DNA of 64,000 nt from NCBI GenBank assembly GCA_963724285.1, contig CAVRUD010000008.1, positions 6,302 through 70,301 on the forward strand, given 5' to 3'. A model generated the notes under the pieces. That model was not told where the DNA came from. It saw only the letters and a list, made by a program, of their open reading frames with translations, and did no database searches. Of the stretch, positions 28,301 through 38,274 are shown one piece after another. The stretch comes from an uncultured Chloroflexia bacterium (GTDB lineage: Bacteria; Chloroflexota; Chloroflexia; Thermomicrobiales; UBA6265). How positions within the stretch are numbered: position 1 is the stretch's first letter; each line of letters starts with the position of its first letter. A program made the translations under genes and the position numbers.

Positions 28301-29039
28301 TCGCCGCTCTCTTCGAACAGTTCAACGCCCTCCACGGTGCGTTCGGCGATTCCGAACCGAATGGAAACAACGTGGACCGGGGAAAAGCGAGAACCGGGTC
28401 GAGGTCGTAGGCCTTTTCGGGCCGTACGAGGCGACCTTGGACGAGGTCCTCCGGCATCTCGTCCAACGCTCGTACGACGTTCTTCACTTCGCTGGGCATT
28501 GCATCTACGACAAGAAGCGGCCGTCGGCATCTGGATGGATCTTCTCCAACGGTGAACGGCTGACCGCGAACGAACTCGACCGGATCGATCGTATCCCGAA
28601 GTTCGTCTTCTCGAACGCCTGCGAATCCGGGATCACGCCGGATCGTTCCGGGAGCCGATCGGTGGAGTTGGCTCCGAGCTTCGCGGAGGCGTTCTTCGCA
28701 CGTGGGGTTTCGAACTTCGTCTGCACCGCGTGGCCCGTGGACGACGGCGCGGCGCGCAATTTCGCCCTCACGCTCTATCGAGGCCTCCTCGGGCTCAAGC
28801 CCGTGGACGGTCAGCCGAACGCCTACGAACCGACGACGCCGTTGCACATGCACCGCGCGATGCAGCAGGCACGGCGCGCCGTCGCGGCGCAGCCGCGTGG
28901 CTACCGAACCTGGGGCGCCTACCAGCATTACGGCAGCCCGTACCTGCGGTTCTTCGAGCCATCGCCTACGGCGGAGAGGAGGCGATCGGCCAAAACGAAC
29001 CGGGATGCGATTGGCGTTTCACCGATCGCCGAGGGCTAG
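25388..29039 (+). pseudogene. ~1,210-aa LCAT/lipase-like alpha/beta-hydrolase, macro-like (M17-N-like) domain and CHAT protease; two frameshifts (near 27730 and 28380)
   Basis: 'VVVLHGFLGS', 'FPFDWRRD', 'LIAHGMGGLV'. 'IDVIAVGHYE...LDRAISG...RGELGQVFLLP...IAVVGLG'. 'TWLTVTVGKEGYRYGAI...' continues in the frame of 27853. 'ENRVEVVGLFGPYEATLDEVL...LHFAGHC...FSNACESG' is in the frame of 28437. Confidence 0.8.
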
Positions 29040-29073
29040 GGCCTGTTTGCACAGCGCGGAGCGGCGGCGGAAA

Positions 29074-29192
29074 CCCGGGGTTGATGGAGGTTGCGGAATT
29101 GATCGGTGGTTTTTAGGGGGCGGTGAACGGATGGGAAACGGCGGCGCTCCAAGAAACCCGCGATCAATTCCGCAACCTCCATGAACCCCGGG
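29074..29192. repeat. 32-bp inverted repeat (31/32) with a 55-bp spacer
   Basis: 'cccggggttgatggaggttgcggaattgatcg' and 'cgatcaattccgcaacctccatgaaccccggg'. The spacer contains 'gggaaacggcggcgc', related to the outer repeat family. Confidence 0.85.
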
Positions 29193-29383
29193 CTGAGCAT
29201 GACGAAGCCCTTCCCGGGCTGAGCACGCTGGGAGGGACCGTGCCCACCGGCAACATCGCCTGTCCAAACCGCCCTAGTGCGGTCGATAGGGACGCCACGG
29301 TCGGACGCACCGACCGCGAGCGATGACTGATCTTGGCCTGTCCCGAACCATACTGTCGCGAATGACCAGGAAAGGGCGGTTCA

Positions 29384-30211
29384 ATGGCTGAGCAAACTCC
29401 AGGAACAACCGTTATCGATCCATCTGGGAACTACGGGCCGACCGAGCACGGTGACATCCATCCGGACGAAGGGTCGCGGCGGATGCTCACGAGCGCCGTC
29501 TGGGGGAACGTCCCCATGTTCGTCTCCTCCGAGAACGGCATGGACGTTACCCCATGGAATCCGGACTGCTCCTGGTACCAGTACGGGACGCACTACTGCC
29601 TGAACGGCTGCCAGCACCCGGGGATGGACATCAGCATGGTGGAGGGCACCGCGCTCTTCGCGGCGGCCGGTGGACAGGTGGTTTTCTCCGGGAATGATGG
29701 ATTCTACGCGCCGCTCCACGTCAACATCCTCGCGGCGAACGGCGAGGTCCACATCTACGGCCACCTGTCGAGCATCGACCCGAACGTCTTTGCCGGCGCC
29801 CACGTGCAGGCCGGCCAGTTCCTCGGCGGATCGGGCTCGATGAACGGCGGTCACCTCCACTTCGAGCGGCGCGTGCCGAACGGCAACTGCGGCTCCGGGT
29901 TCAGCGCCGACGATCCCACCTCCGTCCTGACCGACGCCCCCCAAGCCGGGGACCAGCCGGTACCCCAGGCCGGCTTTGCGGCAGGCGATCGCATCAACGT
30001 CGTCGACCCACCGCTGCGCTTCCGGGACGGGCCTGGAACAGGGAGCAACGTCATCGAGGAGCTCCCGCTCGGCACAGAGCTCTGCGTGGTGGGCGGACCC
30101 CAGCAGGCCGACGGGTACGACTGGTACCAGGTCTCCCGTCCCGAGAGCGGGGCGCAGGGCTGGGTGGCGGGGAGCTTCTGCGGCCTCGTCGCGGCGCAGG
30201 GCTGCCAATAA
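29384..30211 (+). CDS. M23 (LytM-type) metallopeptidase with C-terminal SH3b-like domain; no signal peptide seen
   Basis: 'HPGMDI' (HxxxD), 'GHLHFE' (HxH), C-terminal 'VVDPPLRFRDGPGTGSNVIEELPLGTELCVVGGP...YDWYQV'. Confidence 0.85.
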   Translation: MAEQTPGTTVIDPSGNYGPTEHGDIHPDEGSRRMLTSAVWGNVPMFVSSENGMDVTPWNPDCSWYQYGTHYCLNGCQHPGMDISMVEGTALFAAAGGQVVFSGNDGFYAPLHVNILAANGEVHIYGHLSSIDPNVFAGAHVQAGQFLGGSGSMNGGHLHFERRVPNGNCGSGFSADDPTSVLTDAPQAGDQPVPQAGFAAGDRINVVDPPLRFRDGPGTGSNVIEELPLGTELCVVGGPQQADGYDWYQVSRPESGAQGWVAGSFCGLVAAQGCQ

Positions 30212-30365
30212 GCGCTGTTCAGGTTCCGCGAATAGGCCGATCACCGGTCGTCGCCGGGGCCACGGAGGGATGCATGAGCGCTCGGATCCAATCCGTCGGT
30301 GCGTTGGCCGGTTTGCTCGAGCCGTCGCCGGGAGGGACGGCCAACGGCTGCTATCCTGGCTGGCT

Positions 30366-30490
30366 AGCCCGGATTGTTCGTGTGCGCCGTGGGAACGGCG
30401 GCGCCGTGTTGGCGGCGCCCCGCATCGGCCCCGGGCGACGCCCAGACAGCGCCGCCGTTCCCACGCGGTACCCGTGAAGAATCCAGGCTA
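30366..30490. repeat. 'outer'-type palindromic element, copy without a nested insert
   Basis: 'agcccggattgttcgtgtgcgccgtgggaacggcggcgc' and 'gcgccgccgttcccacgcggtacccgtgaagaatccaggcta'. Same arms as 57594-57885. Confidence 0.8.
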
Positions 30491-30535
30491 GGCAGCAATC
30501 GTCTACCCATTTAAGAGGGGAACAGGGGGCACTTC

Positions 30536-32321
30536 ATGATTTCGCGTCTGCTCTCCGCCGTGGCAACGGCGGTCGACCACCGCATCGGCTGGCATCGGCT
30601 GCCGACGCCGCTCGGCCTGCTCGCGTTGATGGGCATCCGGGGTAGGCTGCGAGAACGCAATCTGGTCGACACGGCTTCGGCAACCCAACGCCAGCAACCC
30701 GAGCCCGCCCCTTGGCCCGGCCACCGAACCACGCGCGCGCCGGACGGAACGTTCAACGATCTCGGGCAGCCGCGCATGGGCGCCGCGGGCACCCGGTTTG
30801 GCCGCAACGTTCCCCTCAGAGAAACGTCCCCGGATCGCGCCCGGATGCTCCAACCCAACCCGCGTACCGTGAGCCGCGAGTTGCTGACCCGGGACGAGTT
30901 CGTCCCGGCCACGACGCTGAACGTGCTCGCCGCGTCCTGGCTCCAGTTCATGATCCGCGACTGGTTCAGCCACGGGAAGAGCCCAAAGGAGAACCCCTGG
31001 GAGATCCCGCTCGCGCCAGACGACCCCTGGCCAGAGCGGCCGATGCGGGTCATGCGGACCCGGCCCGATCCGACCCGCAGCCCCGAGGAGGACGCGGCGG
31101 GCCTGCCGCCCACCTACGTCAACGTCGAGACCCACTGGTGGGACGGGTCACAGCTCTACGGCAGCGACGCCGAGACCCAGGCCCGGGTCCGCACCGGGAG
31201 CGGCGGCACGCTGAAGATCGGCGCCGACGGGCTGATCCCGGTCGACCCGCGGAGCGAGAAACATCCGGCAGACGAGCCCGGCTTCTGGGTCGGGCATCGC
31301 GATGATGCACACCCTGTTCACCCGCGAACACAACGCCATCTGCGACCGTCTCCGCGCCGAATACCCGACCTGGACGGACGACGAACTCTTCGAGCACGCG
31401 CGCCTCGTCAATGCCGCGCTGCTGGCCAAGATCCACACCGTTGAATGGACGACGGCGATCCTCGGGCACCCTGCCCTTCAGATCGGGATGCGCGCGAACT
31501 GGTGGGGCCTGGCCGGGGAGCGCATCAACCGGCTCGTCGGGCGCCTCAGCGACAGCGAAGCGATCAGCGGCATCGTCGGCGGGCCAACCCACCACTTCGA
31601 CGTCCCGTACTCGTTGACCGAGGAATTCGTCGCGGTCTACCGGATGCATCCCCTCATCCCCGACGACTACACCTTCCGTTCGTCGGCCACGGACGATCTG
31701 CTGCAAAACCGGCAGTTTGCCGAGATCTCCGGTCGGAAGGCCCTGGAGCTTATCGGCGCCGTCCCGATGGCAGACCTCTTCTATTCCTTTGGCATCGCCC
31801 ATCCAGGCGCGGTGACGCTCCACAACTTCCCACGCGGTTTGCAGTTCCTGGAGCGGGAGGACGGCATCGTCCAGGATCTGGCGGCCGTCGACATCCTGCG
31901 CAGCCGCGAGCTCGGCGTGCCGCGCTACAACCGATTCCGCCGGCTGTTGCACCTCACGCCGATCGAAAGCTTCGACGAGTTGACCGACAACCCGCGCTGG
32001 CGGGAGGAACTGCGCCGCGTCTACGACAACGACGTCGAGCTGCTCGACCTGACGGTCGGAATGTTCGCCGAGCGAGTGCCGAAGGGGTTCGGTTTCAGTG
32101 ACACCGCCTTCCGGATCTTCGTCCTGATGGCCTCGCGCCGGCTCAACAGCGACCGCTTCTTCACGACGGATTTCACCGCCGACGTCTATACCCAGGTGGG
32201 ATTGGACTGGATCGCCAACAACGACATGTCGACCGTCTTGAGGCGGCACTACCCTGGGTTGGCCCCGGCCCTGCGCGGTGTCCGTAACGCGTTCGCGCCG
32301 TGGACACGGGTGACGGCCTAA
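30536..32321 (+). pseudogene. haem peroxidase-superfamily enzyme (cyclooxygenase / alpha-dioxygenase-like), frameshift near 31295
   Basis: 'LAASWLQFMIRDWFSHG', then 'GFWVG' | 'IAMMHTLFTREHNAICDRL' across two frames. 'TEEFVAVYRMHPLIPD', 'DLAAVDILRSRELGVPRYNRFRR'. Confidence 0.85.
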
Positions 32322-32361
32322 GACCGCGGGCCGGACGCCGGACGCCGGACGCCGGCCATCG

Positions 32362-33105
32362 GTGGCAAAGTGGAAGGACAACGAAGCGATGGAGATCGCC
32401 CCGGGGATCCACAGCCTCGGCCAGAAAATGGGCGGGAATGTCCACGCCTTCCTGCTCGACGACGGCGAGGGCCTGACGCTGATCGACACCCTCTACGACA
32501 CGGACGGCAAGCGGGTGCTGGACGCGATCGCGCGGCTCGGGCGGACGCCGCAGGATCTGCGACGGATCGTGCTGACCCACGGCCACCGCTCCCACCTCGG
32601 CGGCCTGGCGGCGCTCAAGCGCGCCAGCGGGGCCACCGTCTACGCCCACGAGTGGGAGGCGGACATCATCGCTGGGGAGCGCACGGCCCAACCCGTCACA
32701 CCGATCCCGATGCGACCGCTCGGCACCTACCTGAGGGTCTACCACCTTCAGCTCGGGGCCGCGCTCGGCATTGGCAAGCACCCGCCCTGCGCGGTGGATC
32801 GGAGCCTGAAGGACGGGGATCGGGTGGGGCCGCTCGAGGTGCTGCACACGCCGGGGCACTCGCCCGGGCACCTGGCCTTCTGGTGGCCGGAGCGGCGGAC
32901 GCTCGTTGCCGGCGACGCCATCGTGACCTACCCCGCGTTCGCGCCCGGGTGGCCGGCCTTCACCTTGAACGAGCGCCAGCACCGGGAGTCGCTGGGGCGG
33001 ATGGCGGCGCTCGACGCGGAGATCCTCGCGGTTGGCCACGGGGACCCGCTCACGACGGATGTCGCCGCCCGTGTCCGCGCCCTGGCGGCGGAGGCGAGCC
33101 GGTAG
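32362..33105 (+). CDS. MBL-fold metallo-hydrolase
   Basis: 'LTLIDTLYD', 'VLTHGHRSHLGG', 'HTPGHSPGH', 'VAGDAIV', 'GHGDP'. Confidence 0.85.
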   Translation: MAKWKDNEAMEIAPGIHSLGQKMGGNVHAFLLDDGEGLTLIDTLYDTDGKRVLDAIARLGRTPQDLRRIVLTHGHRSHLGGLAALKRASGATVYAHEWEADIIAGERTAQPVTPIPMRPLGTYLRVYHLQLGAALGIGKHPPCAVDRSLKDGDRVGPLEVLHTPGHSPGHLAFWWPERRTLVAGDAIVTYPAFAPGWPAFTLNERQHRESLGRMAALDAEILAVGHGDPLTTDVAARVRALAAEASR

Positions 33106-33138
33106 ACCGCCGGCCGGGGAAGACAGGAGGTACGGCAC

Positions 33139-33800
33139 GTGAGCGAGCGCCAGAGCCAGCATCGCGAGGACCAGGAGTCCGACCTGGAGAAGTTGTCCGG
33201 ATCCGACCTTCCCGGGGTTCCGGCGGAACGCGGCGACGATTCCTCCGGCCGCGAGACGTCGACCGCGAAGGCGGCGGATTTCGTAGCCCGGCGGGCACGG
33301 TCGCTCGCGGGTCCGATCCGGACGGCCGCTCCGTGGGGCTCGTTCGACACGGAGTGGCAGCAGATCAACCGGTGGGACGACGAGATCCGCGCGGCGGCGG
33401 CGGTTCGGCGTCGCGTTCGAGCGGATCAAGGCCCACATCGTCATCGAGTCTCAGGGCAACGCGGGGGCCGTTCAGAACAACCTGTCGAACGGTCCGAGCT
33501 ACGGCCTGATGCAGGTCGTCCCGTTCGGGGTCGGGTGGGACGGGTGGCACCGGGACGTCTTCCGTCTCGCGGGAGCCAGCCACAGGCGACGCCGCGCGGA
33601 CGCTCCTCGCCGACCCCGGGCTCAACGTTCGGGTTGGGACCTACATCCTCAAGGTCCAGCACGACAACCACCGCGATTGGGACAAGGCGTCGAGTTCCTT
33701 TTTCCTCGGGAATCCAGACTGGATCGGCAGCGACGGGATCAACGGGATCCAAGGACGCCAGTACCGGGCAGGCGTTGCGCGGTCTGAACGAGGAATCGGC
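33139..33800 (+). pseudogene. lytic transglycosylase (SLT-like) gene fragmented by at least 3 frameshifts (near 33398, 33575, 33760)
   Basis: Reading across frames gives 'INRWDDEIRAAAA|RFGVAFERIKAHIVIESQGNAGAVQNN..SYGLMQVVP...|DPGLNVRVGTYILKVQHDNH'. AGGAGG RBS before the GTG at 33139. The 3' limit is uncertain. Confidence 0.6.
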
Positions 33801-33965
33801 CAACGCCGGACCAGAATCCGATTTCGATGCCGGCGACCGCAGCCCTTGTCAGGACAACTGGGACACATACTGGTCAGATTGCCGGCCGATCTTGCCCTGT
33901 ACCCGTCGGCGGCCTAGCTCGGCGGCCACTGCCTATACTGGGCCCGCTCAGGGGAGGGATCAGCG

Positions 33966-34601
33966 ATGACAGACGGATCCGTTCCGGTTGTGCCGCTCGG
34001 CGAGGATCGGGCCGACGAGGCGGCGGCCCTCATAGCGCGGGCCTTCCAGGACGACCCGTGGGCCGTCCACAGCTGCCCGGATCCCGGCGAGCGCGCGCGG
34101 TGGCTGTCCTGGGTCTTCCGCCCGAACGCCTGGCAGGGCTGCCTGTTCGGCGAGCTTCTTGGCACGGCGGGACGGCTCGACGGGGTGGCGGCCGCCATCG
34201 GTCCCGACGAAGGCGCGCCCACCGATGAGCAGCTGGCACGGTTCGGCTACGAGCGCGGCCGCGAGGTCGTCGGGGTCGAGACCTGGGACCGGATCATGGC
34301 GGCGGCGCGCGAGGCATACCGGCCCGCCGACGCGGTGCTCCGCCGGGCGGTGCCCGAGCCGCATTGGTACCTGGACGTGCTCGCCGTCGAGCCGGCACGG
34401 CAGGGCAGCGGCATCGGGAGCCACCTGCTCCGCGCCGTCCACGCGCGCGTCGACGACGACGGGATCCCCGTCGTGCTGCTCACCTACCAGCCGAAGAGCC
34501 TGGCACTCTACCGACGCCACAGGTACGTGGTCGTCTGCGGGGAGGAGGCACCGGCGAGTCGTCCGCAGTGGTGGGGCCTGCGCCGGAACCCGGGCGCGTG
34601 A
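33966..34601 (+). CDS. GNAT-family N-acetyltransferase
   Basis: 'WYLDVLAVEPARQGSGIGSHLLRAV...PVVLLTYQPKSLALYRRHRY'. Confidence 0.85.
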   Translation: MTDGSVPVVPLGEDRADEAAALIARAFQDDPWAVHSCPDPGERARWLSWVFRPNAWQGCLFGELLGTAGRLDGVAAAIGPDEGAPTDEQLARFGYERGREVVGVETWDRIMAAAREAYRPADAVLRRAVPEPHWYLDVLAVEPARQGSGIGSHLLRAVHARVDDDGIPVVLLTYQPKSLALYRRHRYVVVCGEEAPASRPQWWGLRRNPGA

Positions 34602-34940
34602 GCCGGTTATCCCGTCCGGAGTTCGGATCGCCCGCGCCACGTACGAAGCAACCGAGTCCGGTCCTGAGTCGGCGTACCGGCGCGACGCACCTGGTCACGC
34701 CGACTCGGGGTCGCAGCGTCGAGGTTCGAAGATCGGCTCCTGCTGGCCCTCGCCGGCGGGCGCCCGTCCGCGCCCGAGAGGGTGCTAGCCGCTGCGCGGG
34801 GTGCCTCGCCACTTCGTCGAGCGGCGGCAGGAACGGCTGGGGGATGGGTGGCGCATCGGGAACAGACGCCGCATTCGGTCGTCGGATCGATGGGAACTCC
34901 AGATACATAGTTGACCGGCGCGGCAATCTCCGCCCCGGCG

Positions 34941-35202
34941 CTAGTCCGCGGTGATATCGACCCCGTGCTTCTTCGCCGCCCGTTTGATCCGGTTCTTGAT
35001 CGTCGTCGACCTCGTCCTTGTCGTACTTGGCGGCGTTGTCCTTGTGGTTGATGTAGCTCCAGGCCGCGCGGATGTGCTCCGGCGTGTCGATCGGGTACTT
35101 CTTGTTGGTCGGATCGGCGAACGTCACGTCGCCGTACTCGCGCTCGCCCTCCGTCGGGTTCACGTCGTCCCGGCGCTCGATGTAGGTCGATTCAGACGCC
35201 AT
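34941..35202 (-). pseudogene. small conserved protein (DUF6582-like, from memory), frameshift near 35000
   Basis: 'YGDVTFADPTNKKYPIDTPEHIRAAWSYINHKDNAAKYDKDEVD', then in another frame 'IKNRIKRAAKKHGVDITAD*'. Confidence 0.65.
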
Positions 35203-35487
35203 GTGGCACCTCCTTGCGTGCACAGGCGGGATGTACGTCCCGCCCTCACCGCTGGTTGTTGCAAGGATGATGCCGAAGCCAACCACACCAGGCCATGGTG
35301 AATCTCAAGAACTAAAATCTCGAAGGTTCCAATTAGGTTGTTCAGGAAGGGCCACTATTCGTTCAGGGTCGCGGGAATAGTCACAAGAGACAAGACGTAT
35401 TCCGCCAAGGGAACAAGAGAACCGCAAAGGATGGCGATCGCCGAGGGATCTGACCCGCCTTCCTGCCAGCATGACGATGACAGCGGG

Positions 35488-38274
35488 TCAAGAGGACGAG
35501 TAGGAGGCACTTGGCGCCGCCTCGTCTGCCCAGGCGAGCGCTTCGGCCAGAGCGACCTCTTCGGGGAGACCTCGACCGATCGCCCACGCCTCCGCGAAGG
35601 CCGCCTCCCCGAGTCGCTCGCGCAATTCGTTCTGAAACAGGTCGTAGTCCTCGCGTTGCTCGATCGCAACCGGCTCGCCGATGGCCTCGCGGATGGCGGT
35701 GGCCGCGGCCAACCATCGGGCCGCCGCGCCCGGATCCCCCGCCCGGCTCGCCAGCTGCCCCAGCCCTTCCAGCCCGAAGGCGACGCCAGACCGGTCCCCC
35801 AGGTCCCGGAACGCGACCAGCGCCTCCGCGAACAGACCCACGCCCCGCCCGTCCTCCCCCCGATCCCGGGCGACGCAGCCCAGGTTGTTCAACGCGACCG
35901 CCGTGTTTTCCGGGTCGCCCGCGCCGCGGAAGAGTCCCAGGGCCTCCTCGAAGCGGGCGGCGGCAAGCGGGAGATCCCGTTCGGTGAGGGCCATGCTTCC
36001 CAGCATGTTGAGGCAGACGCCCGCGCCGACCGCGTCGCCGGCGGCCCGCTTCAGTGCCAGTCCCTCCTCCACCAACTCGACCGCTCGCGCGCGGTCACCT
36101 CGTGCGTACGTCGCGTCGCCGAGGACGTTGAGGATCGATCCGACCTGCGGGCCGTCGCCCGCGGCGCGCGCCAGCAGCAACGCCTCATCGAGGACCTCCG
36201 CCGCGCCGTCGGCATCCCCGAGGAACTGGCGCACCACCCCGAACGTGTAGAGGGCCCGCGCCGTGGTCCGCTGGTCGCCGGCCTCCCGCGCCGCCGCGAC
36301 GGCCGCCTCGGCGTGCACGGCCGCGACGCGGTGGTCGCCCTGGGCGCGGGCCAGCATCGCCGCCCCCGTGCGCGCCGCCGCCACGCCACCGGCCGGTGCG
36401 CCGGTGCTGACGGCGAGCGCACGGTCGAGCCAGCGGCGACCCTCGGCGAAGTGGCCCCGGGTGTACCAGAACTGGCTGAGGTTGGTCGCGAGCCGCAGCG
36501 CCGTCTCGTCCCCGTCCCGGTCGACGGCCCAGCCGAGCGCCGCGCGGAGGTTGTCGTGGTCGGACTCCAAACGGTCGAGCCAGACGTGCAGCTCGTCGCC
36601 GTAGCGGCGCCGCGGGACGTCGCCGCCGGACAGCTCCAGGAAGAACCGGGCGTGGCGCCCCCGGATCGCCTCGCCCTCGCCGCTGGCCGCCAGCCGCTCG
36701 GCGGCGTACTCCCGGATCGTCTCCAGCATCGCGAAGCGGGGCTCGCCCTCGGTCCGCTCCTGCCGCAGCAGGCTCTGCCGGACCAGCGCCGCCAGCGCCT
36801 CGTAGGGGTCAACCTCCCCATCCCCGGCGGCCACCGCCTCGACCGCCTCGAACGAGCACCCCCCGGCGAAGACGGCCAGGCGGCGGAAGGCGACCTGCTC
36901 CGCCGGCGCCAGCAGGTCGTGGGACCAGGCGATCGCCCCCCGCAGGGTCCGCTGCCGCTCGGGCAGGTCGCGCGCCCCGCCGGTCAGCACGGGGAGGCGC
37001 TGCTCCAGGCGGCGCAGCAGCGCCTCCGGCGGGAAGAGTTTCGCTCGCGCCGCCGCCAGCTCGATCGCCAGCGGCAGCCCGTCCAGGCGCCGCGCGATCC
37101 CGGCGAGCGTTCCGGCGTTGGCCTCCGTCAACGCGACGTCCGCCCCGGCCGCCCGCGCCCGCGCCAGGAAGAGCGCCACGGCCGGCGCGGCGGCGACCTG
37201 CTCGGCCGTCCCGGCGGCGGGGGGTACCGGCAGCGGGCCGACGGCGACCTCCTCCTCGGCCCGCACCCCCAGCGGCGCCCGGCTCGTGGCGAGCACCGCC
37301 AGGTCCGGGGCGGACGCCAGCAGGCCGGCGAGCTCCCCGGCGGCGCCGAGGACCTGCTCCAGGTTGTCCAGGACCAGCAGCAGCCGGCGCGGGCGCAGGT
37401 ACGCCTGCAGCTCCTCGGCCAGGGGCCGATCGCCCCCCTCCCGCACGCCGAGCGCGGTGGCCACGGCCGGCAGCACCAGCGCCGGGTCGGTCACCGGCGC
37501 CAGGTCGACGAACACCGCGCCGTGCGGGAAGTCCCCGGCCGCCGCTCGGGCCGCCTCCAGCGCCAGGCGCGTCTTGCCCGCGCCGCCCGGGCCCGTGAGC
37601 GTCAGCAGCCGCGCGCCGCCCGCCAGGCGGCGCGCGATGTCGGCGAGCTCGGCCTCCCGGCCGAGGAGGGCGGTCGGCGGGACGGGCAGGTCGGCCCGGG
37701 CGGAGCCGGTCACATCGGCCGTCGCGTGCGGGGTCCCCCGCCCCGGGATGGCGCCGACGCGGTCCAGCGCCCGCAGCGCCGCCGGCAGCCATTCCCTCTC
37801 CGGGCGGTCGAGGACGTCGATCCACTGCGCCCCCTCCAGCCAGTAGGCCAGGGCGTCCGGGAACGCGACCGCTTCCAGGCGCAGCGGCAGGACGGGGCGG
37901 CCGAAGCGCCAGGCGAGGGCGATCTCCTGACGCACGTTGCGTGAGGCCAGCGAGGTGGCCGAGCACAGCAGCACCAGCGCGCCGCACCCCCGGATCCCGT
38001 CGACGATCTCCGGCCCGTAGCTCTGCCCGCCGGCGATGCCGGCGACGTCGATCCAGGCGGGCACCCCGGCGCCCTCCAGCGCCCGCGTCACGGCCAAGGC
38101 GTGCGGCCGGTCGGCGCTGGCGTAGCTCACGAAGACGTGGGGAGGCGGGTCGGCGCCCAAGGAGGGTTCGTCGGCTGCGATGGGGTCTGGCGGCAGCGGC
38201 TCGGACACGGCTGCGTCCTTTGGCGGCGACAGAATGCGTGCTGCCATTTTGTGGAACCCAATCGTCCCCGTCAA
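35488..38274 (-). CDS. TIR-domain / STAND (NB-ARC-like) NTPase / TPR-repeat protein, apparently intact
   Basis: TIR 'HVFVSYASADR...LLCSATSLASRNVRQEIALAW'. Walker A 'GPGGAGKTRLA', Walker B 'LLLVLDNLEQ'. Long C-terminal TPR array ('NLGCVARDRGE..', 'NMLGSMALTE..', 'NVLGDATYARGD..'). Confidence 0.9.
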   Translation of the reverse strand: MTGTIGFHKMAARILSPPKDAAVSEPLPPDPIAADEPSLGADPPPHVFVSYASADRPHALAVTRALEGAGVPAWIDVAGIAGGQSYGPEIVDGIRGCGALVLLCSATSLASRNVRQEIALAWRFGRPVLPLRLEAVAFPDALAYWLEGAQWIDVLDRPEREWLPAALRALDRVGAIPGRGTPHATADVTGSARADLPVPPTALLGREAELADIARRLAGGARLLTLTGPGGAGKTRLALEAARAAAGDFPHGAVFVDLAPVTDPALVLPAVATALGVREGGDRPLAEELQAYLRPRRLLLVLDNLEQVLGAAGELAGLLASAPDLAVLATSRAPLGVRAEEEVAVGPLPVPPAAGTAEQVAAAPAVALFLARARAAGADVALTEANAGTLAGIARRLDGLPLAIELAAARAKLFPPEALLRRLEQRLPVLTGGARDLPERQRTLRGAIAWSHDLLAPAEQVAFRRLAVFAGGCSFEAVEAVAAGDGEVDPYEALAALVRQSLLRQERTEGEPRFAMLETIREYAAERLAASGEGEAIRGRHARFFLELSGGDVPRRRYGDELHVWLDRLESDHDNLRAALGWAVDRDGDETALRLATNLSQFWYTRGHFAEGRRWLDRALAVSTGAPAGGVAAARTGAAMLARAQGDHRVAAVHAEAAVAAAREAGDQRTTARALYTFGVVRQFLGDADGAAEVLDEALLLARAAGDGPQVGSILNVLGDATYARGDRARAVELVEEGLALKRAAGDAVGAGVCLNMLGSMALTERDLPLAAARFEEALGLFRGAGDPENTAVALNNLGCVARDRGEDGRGVGLFAEALVAFRDLGDRSGVAFGLEGLGQLASRAGDPGAAARWLAAATAIREAIGEPVAIEQREDYDLFQNELRERLGEAAFAEAWAIGRGLPEEVALAEALAWADEAAPSASYSSS

